A stretch of 51,734 nucleotides of DNA from positions 25,548,317 to 25,600,050 of the forward strand of contig NC_068993.1 in the NCBI RefSeq assembly GCF_001194135.2, read 5' to 3'. The translations under genes were made by a program, and so were the position numbers. Every line of letters starts with the position of its first letter. Positions within the stretch are counted from its first letter, which is position 1. Below, one piece after another: positions 50,212-51,734 of this stretch. Source of the stretch: Octopus bimaculoides (Eukaryota). The notes under the pieces are model-generated. The model did no database searches. It was not told where the DNA came from and worked only from the letters and a program-made list of their open reading frames with translations.

Positions 50212-51120
50212 CTGAAAGAAAACCAACAGAGTTGTGTTTAAATTAGTAGGTTTAACTGTTTTGTTTTGTCATTATATAAAGTTTCTACATGCAAAAGACA
50301 ACAACACTGAGGAAAGAAAATTTTATAGTTGTTCATTCCCAGAAGAAATATTGTGTTTATTAATTCACTATTTTCATCATCAGTTTCTTCATCAAGTCAT
50401 TTTTGACTACAAGCCAATGAGGAAGCTTCTACAAGGTTGTACAACTTGCTAGAAATTGCAGCCATATTATCCCTCTTCCTTCAGATCACACTCAAACATC
50501 TTAAAAAAGGAGGGACATAAAGAATGTAGTCATGTCTGGAATAGTACATGCTGGTTATGGCTAGAAAGCCTTTGTTTTAAATCATTAAATATGTCCTAAT
50601 CAGAGACTATTTGGAGGAGGAGTACCACTGCCACCATCACCACCACCACCACCAGGTGTGCAAGGATGAATCTGGTCCTCTATGGACACTGTATGCTCAC
50701 CAACAAGTCTCTCAGCAAATGTAATATGTAAGGGCTGAGCATTTCTTTCAGTACTGTCAGCTTCCCACAACAAAACTCTGATCTATGTCCAGTGTATTTT
50801 AAAAGAAGCTGCTAGAAACCCCTTTGTGTAAAGCAGCAAGGACCAGAAAAACAGTGGGTTTTGAGCCTGTAACCACAGCACCAATATCAGTACTGTTATC
50901 AGCATCACTGAGTTCATATTTATATATTTAAGGATACATACCACAGAAAGACAAAATGGAATAAGTAGAACAAGAAGAGAAACATGGGATAAAAAATCAC
51001 TGAAGAGGTCACAGGATGTGTGATGAAAGAGCTTTGACAAAGAAACTAAAATAATCTATATATATATAGCTGAGTTTGTGAGTGTGTGTGTATGTGTATC
51101 CAATTCATACATTTACACAA

Positions 51121-51734
51121 TTCCAAATTTCTTGAATGAAACAATCGGAATTAATATTCTAAATACCATAACCTAGGTAACTGTGTCATTTTTTCCGTCA
51201 AAATCAATCACAGTTACCAATAAAATCCATTAAACTGTGCAAAATAACATTTCCCCCCCTCTAATAAAACCTAAATTTCCTCTTTCTACGACCTTTACAA
51301 ACCCTTTCAACTCCTACTTTCTCTTATGAATGTTTACGAACGATAACTCCTACTTTCTCTTATGCATGCAAAGTCATAGATTAAACTTTGCTTTTAGTTA
51401 CGCTGTATGTAAACAAACAAGTTTGTTTTTCGAAGCGCTGAAATGTATGGTAGTACAAGTAGAAAGATAGATTTTATTCAACGCATAGATACTGAACAGT
51501 ATACATATAAGGGATAAAATCCTTTTTTCTTTTTAAAAGCATCTATTACACTATTTTCCTTTTGTTTCTTGACTCCCATAAGGCGTCTCACAACATTCAC
51601 GCTTTAGTTTGACCGACAGGACAACACATTGCAAAATCACTGAACTTCATTACAAATGTGGGTAATTTTTCAGATTAACACCCGCACTAGGGTGTTAGGG
51701 TTACGGTTAGGGGGTAGTCTTCAAGTTTAGGGAT
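51121..51734. promoter_or_regulatory. CpG-retaining, promoter-like block (or young insertion)
   Basis: 14 CpGs counted in 51121-51734 versus 0 in 50221-51120; 20-bp direct repeat; TTAGGG-like hexamers. Confidence 0.4.

Noticed and set aside
51687-51734. Telomere or interstitial telomeric array
   Set aside because: Only two or three imperfect hexamers, too short for a telomeric tract; kept as part of the CpG-block finding.

Overview
AT-rich, CpG-depleted, microsatellite- and SINE-dense animal genomic DNA. The repeat landscape suggests octopus or another cephalopod; this is inference and no search was run. The window is almost entirely intronic. One minus-strand gene runs through it, with 13 recoverable GT-AG exons (1845 nt, 615 codons) that are all phase 1-1, each encoding one domain. 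Joined in order they give a stop-free frame: GCC2/ephrin-receptor-like Cys repeat - EGF - cbEGF x2 - Sushi - cbEGF x2 - Sushi - cbEGF x3 - Sushi - cbEGF. No start or stop exon could be confirmed. I do not recognise this architecture as a named gene. The introns hold two Dong/R4-type LINE copies in (TAA)n tracts, a Penelope-like GIY-YIG element, a full-length decayed DD37D (maT) transposon, mariner, CR1/L2 and RTE remnants, hAT and piggyBac-type MITEs with target-site duplications, many tRNA-derived SINEs, a decayed hammerhead-like motif, satellites and four N gaps. The last ~600 bp switch abruptly to CpG-retaining, promoter-like sequence. TE boundaries without a TSD are approximate.
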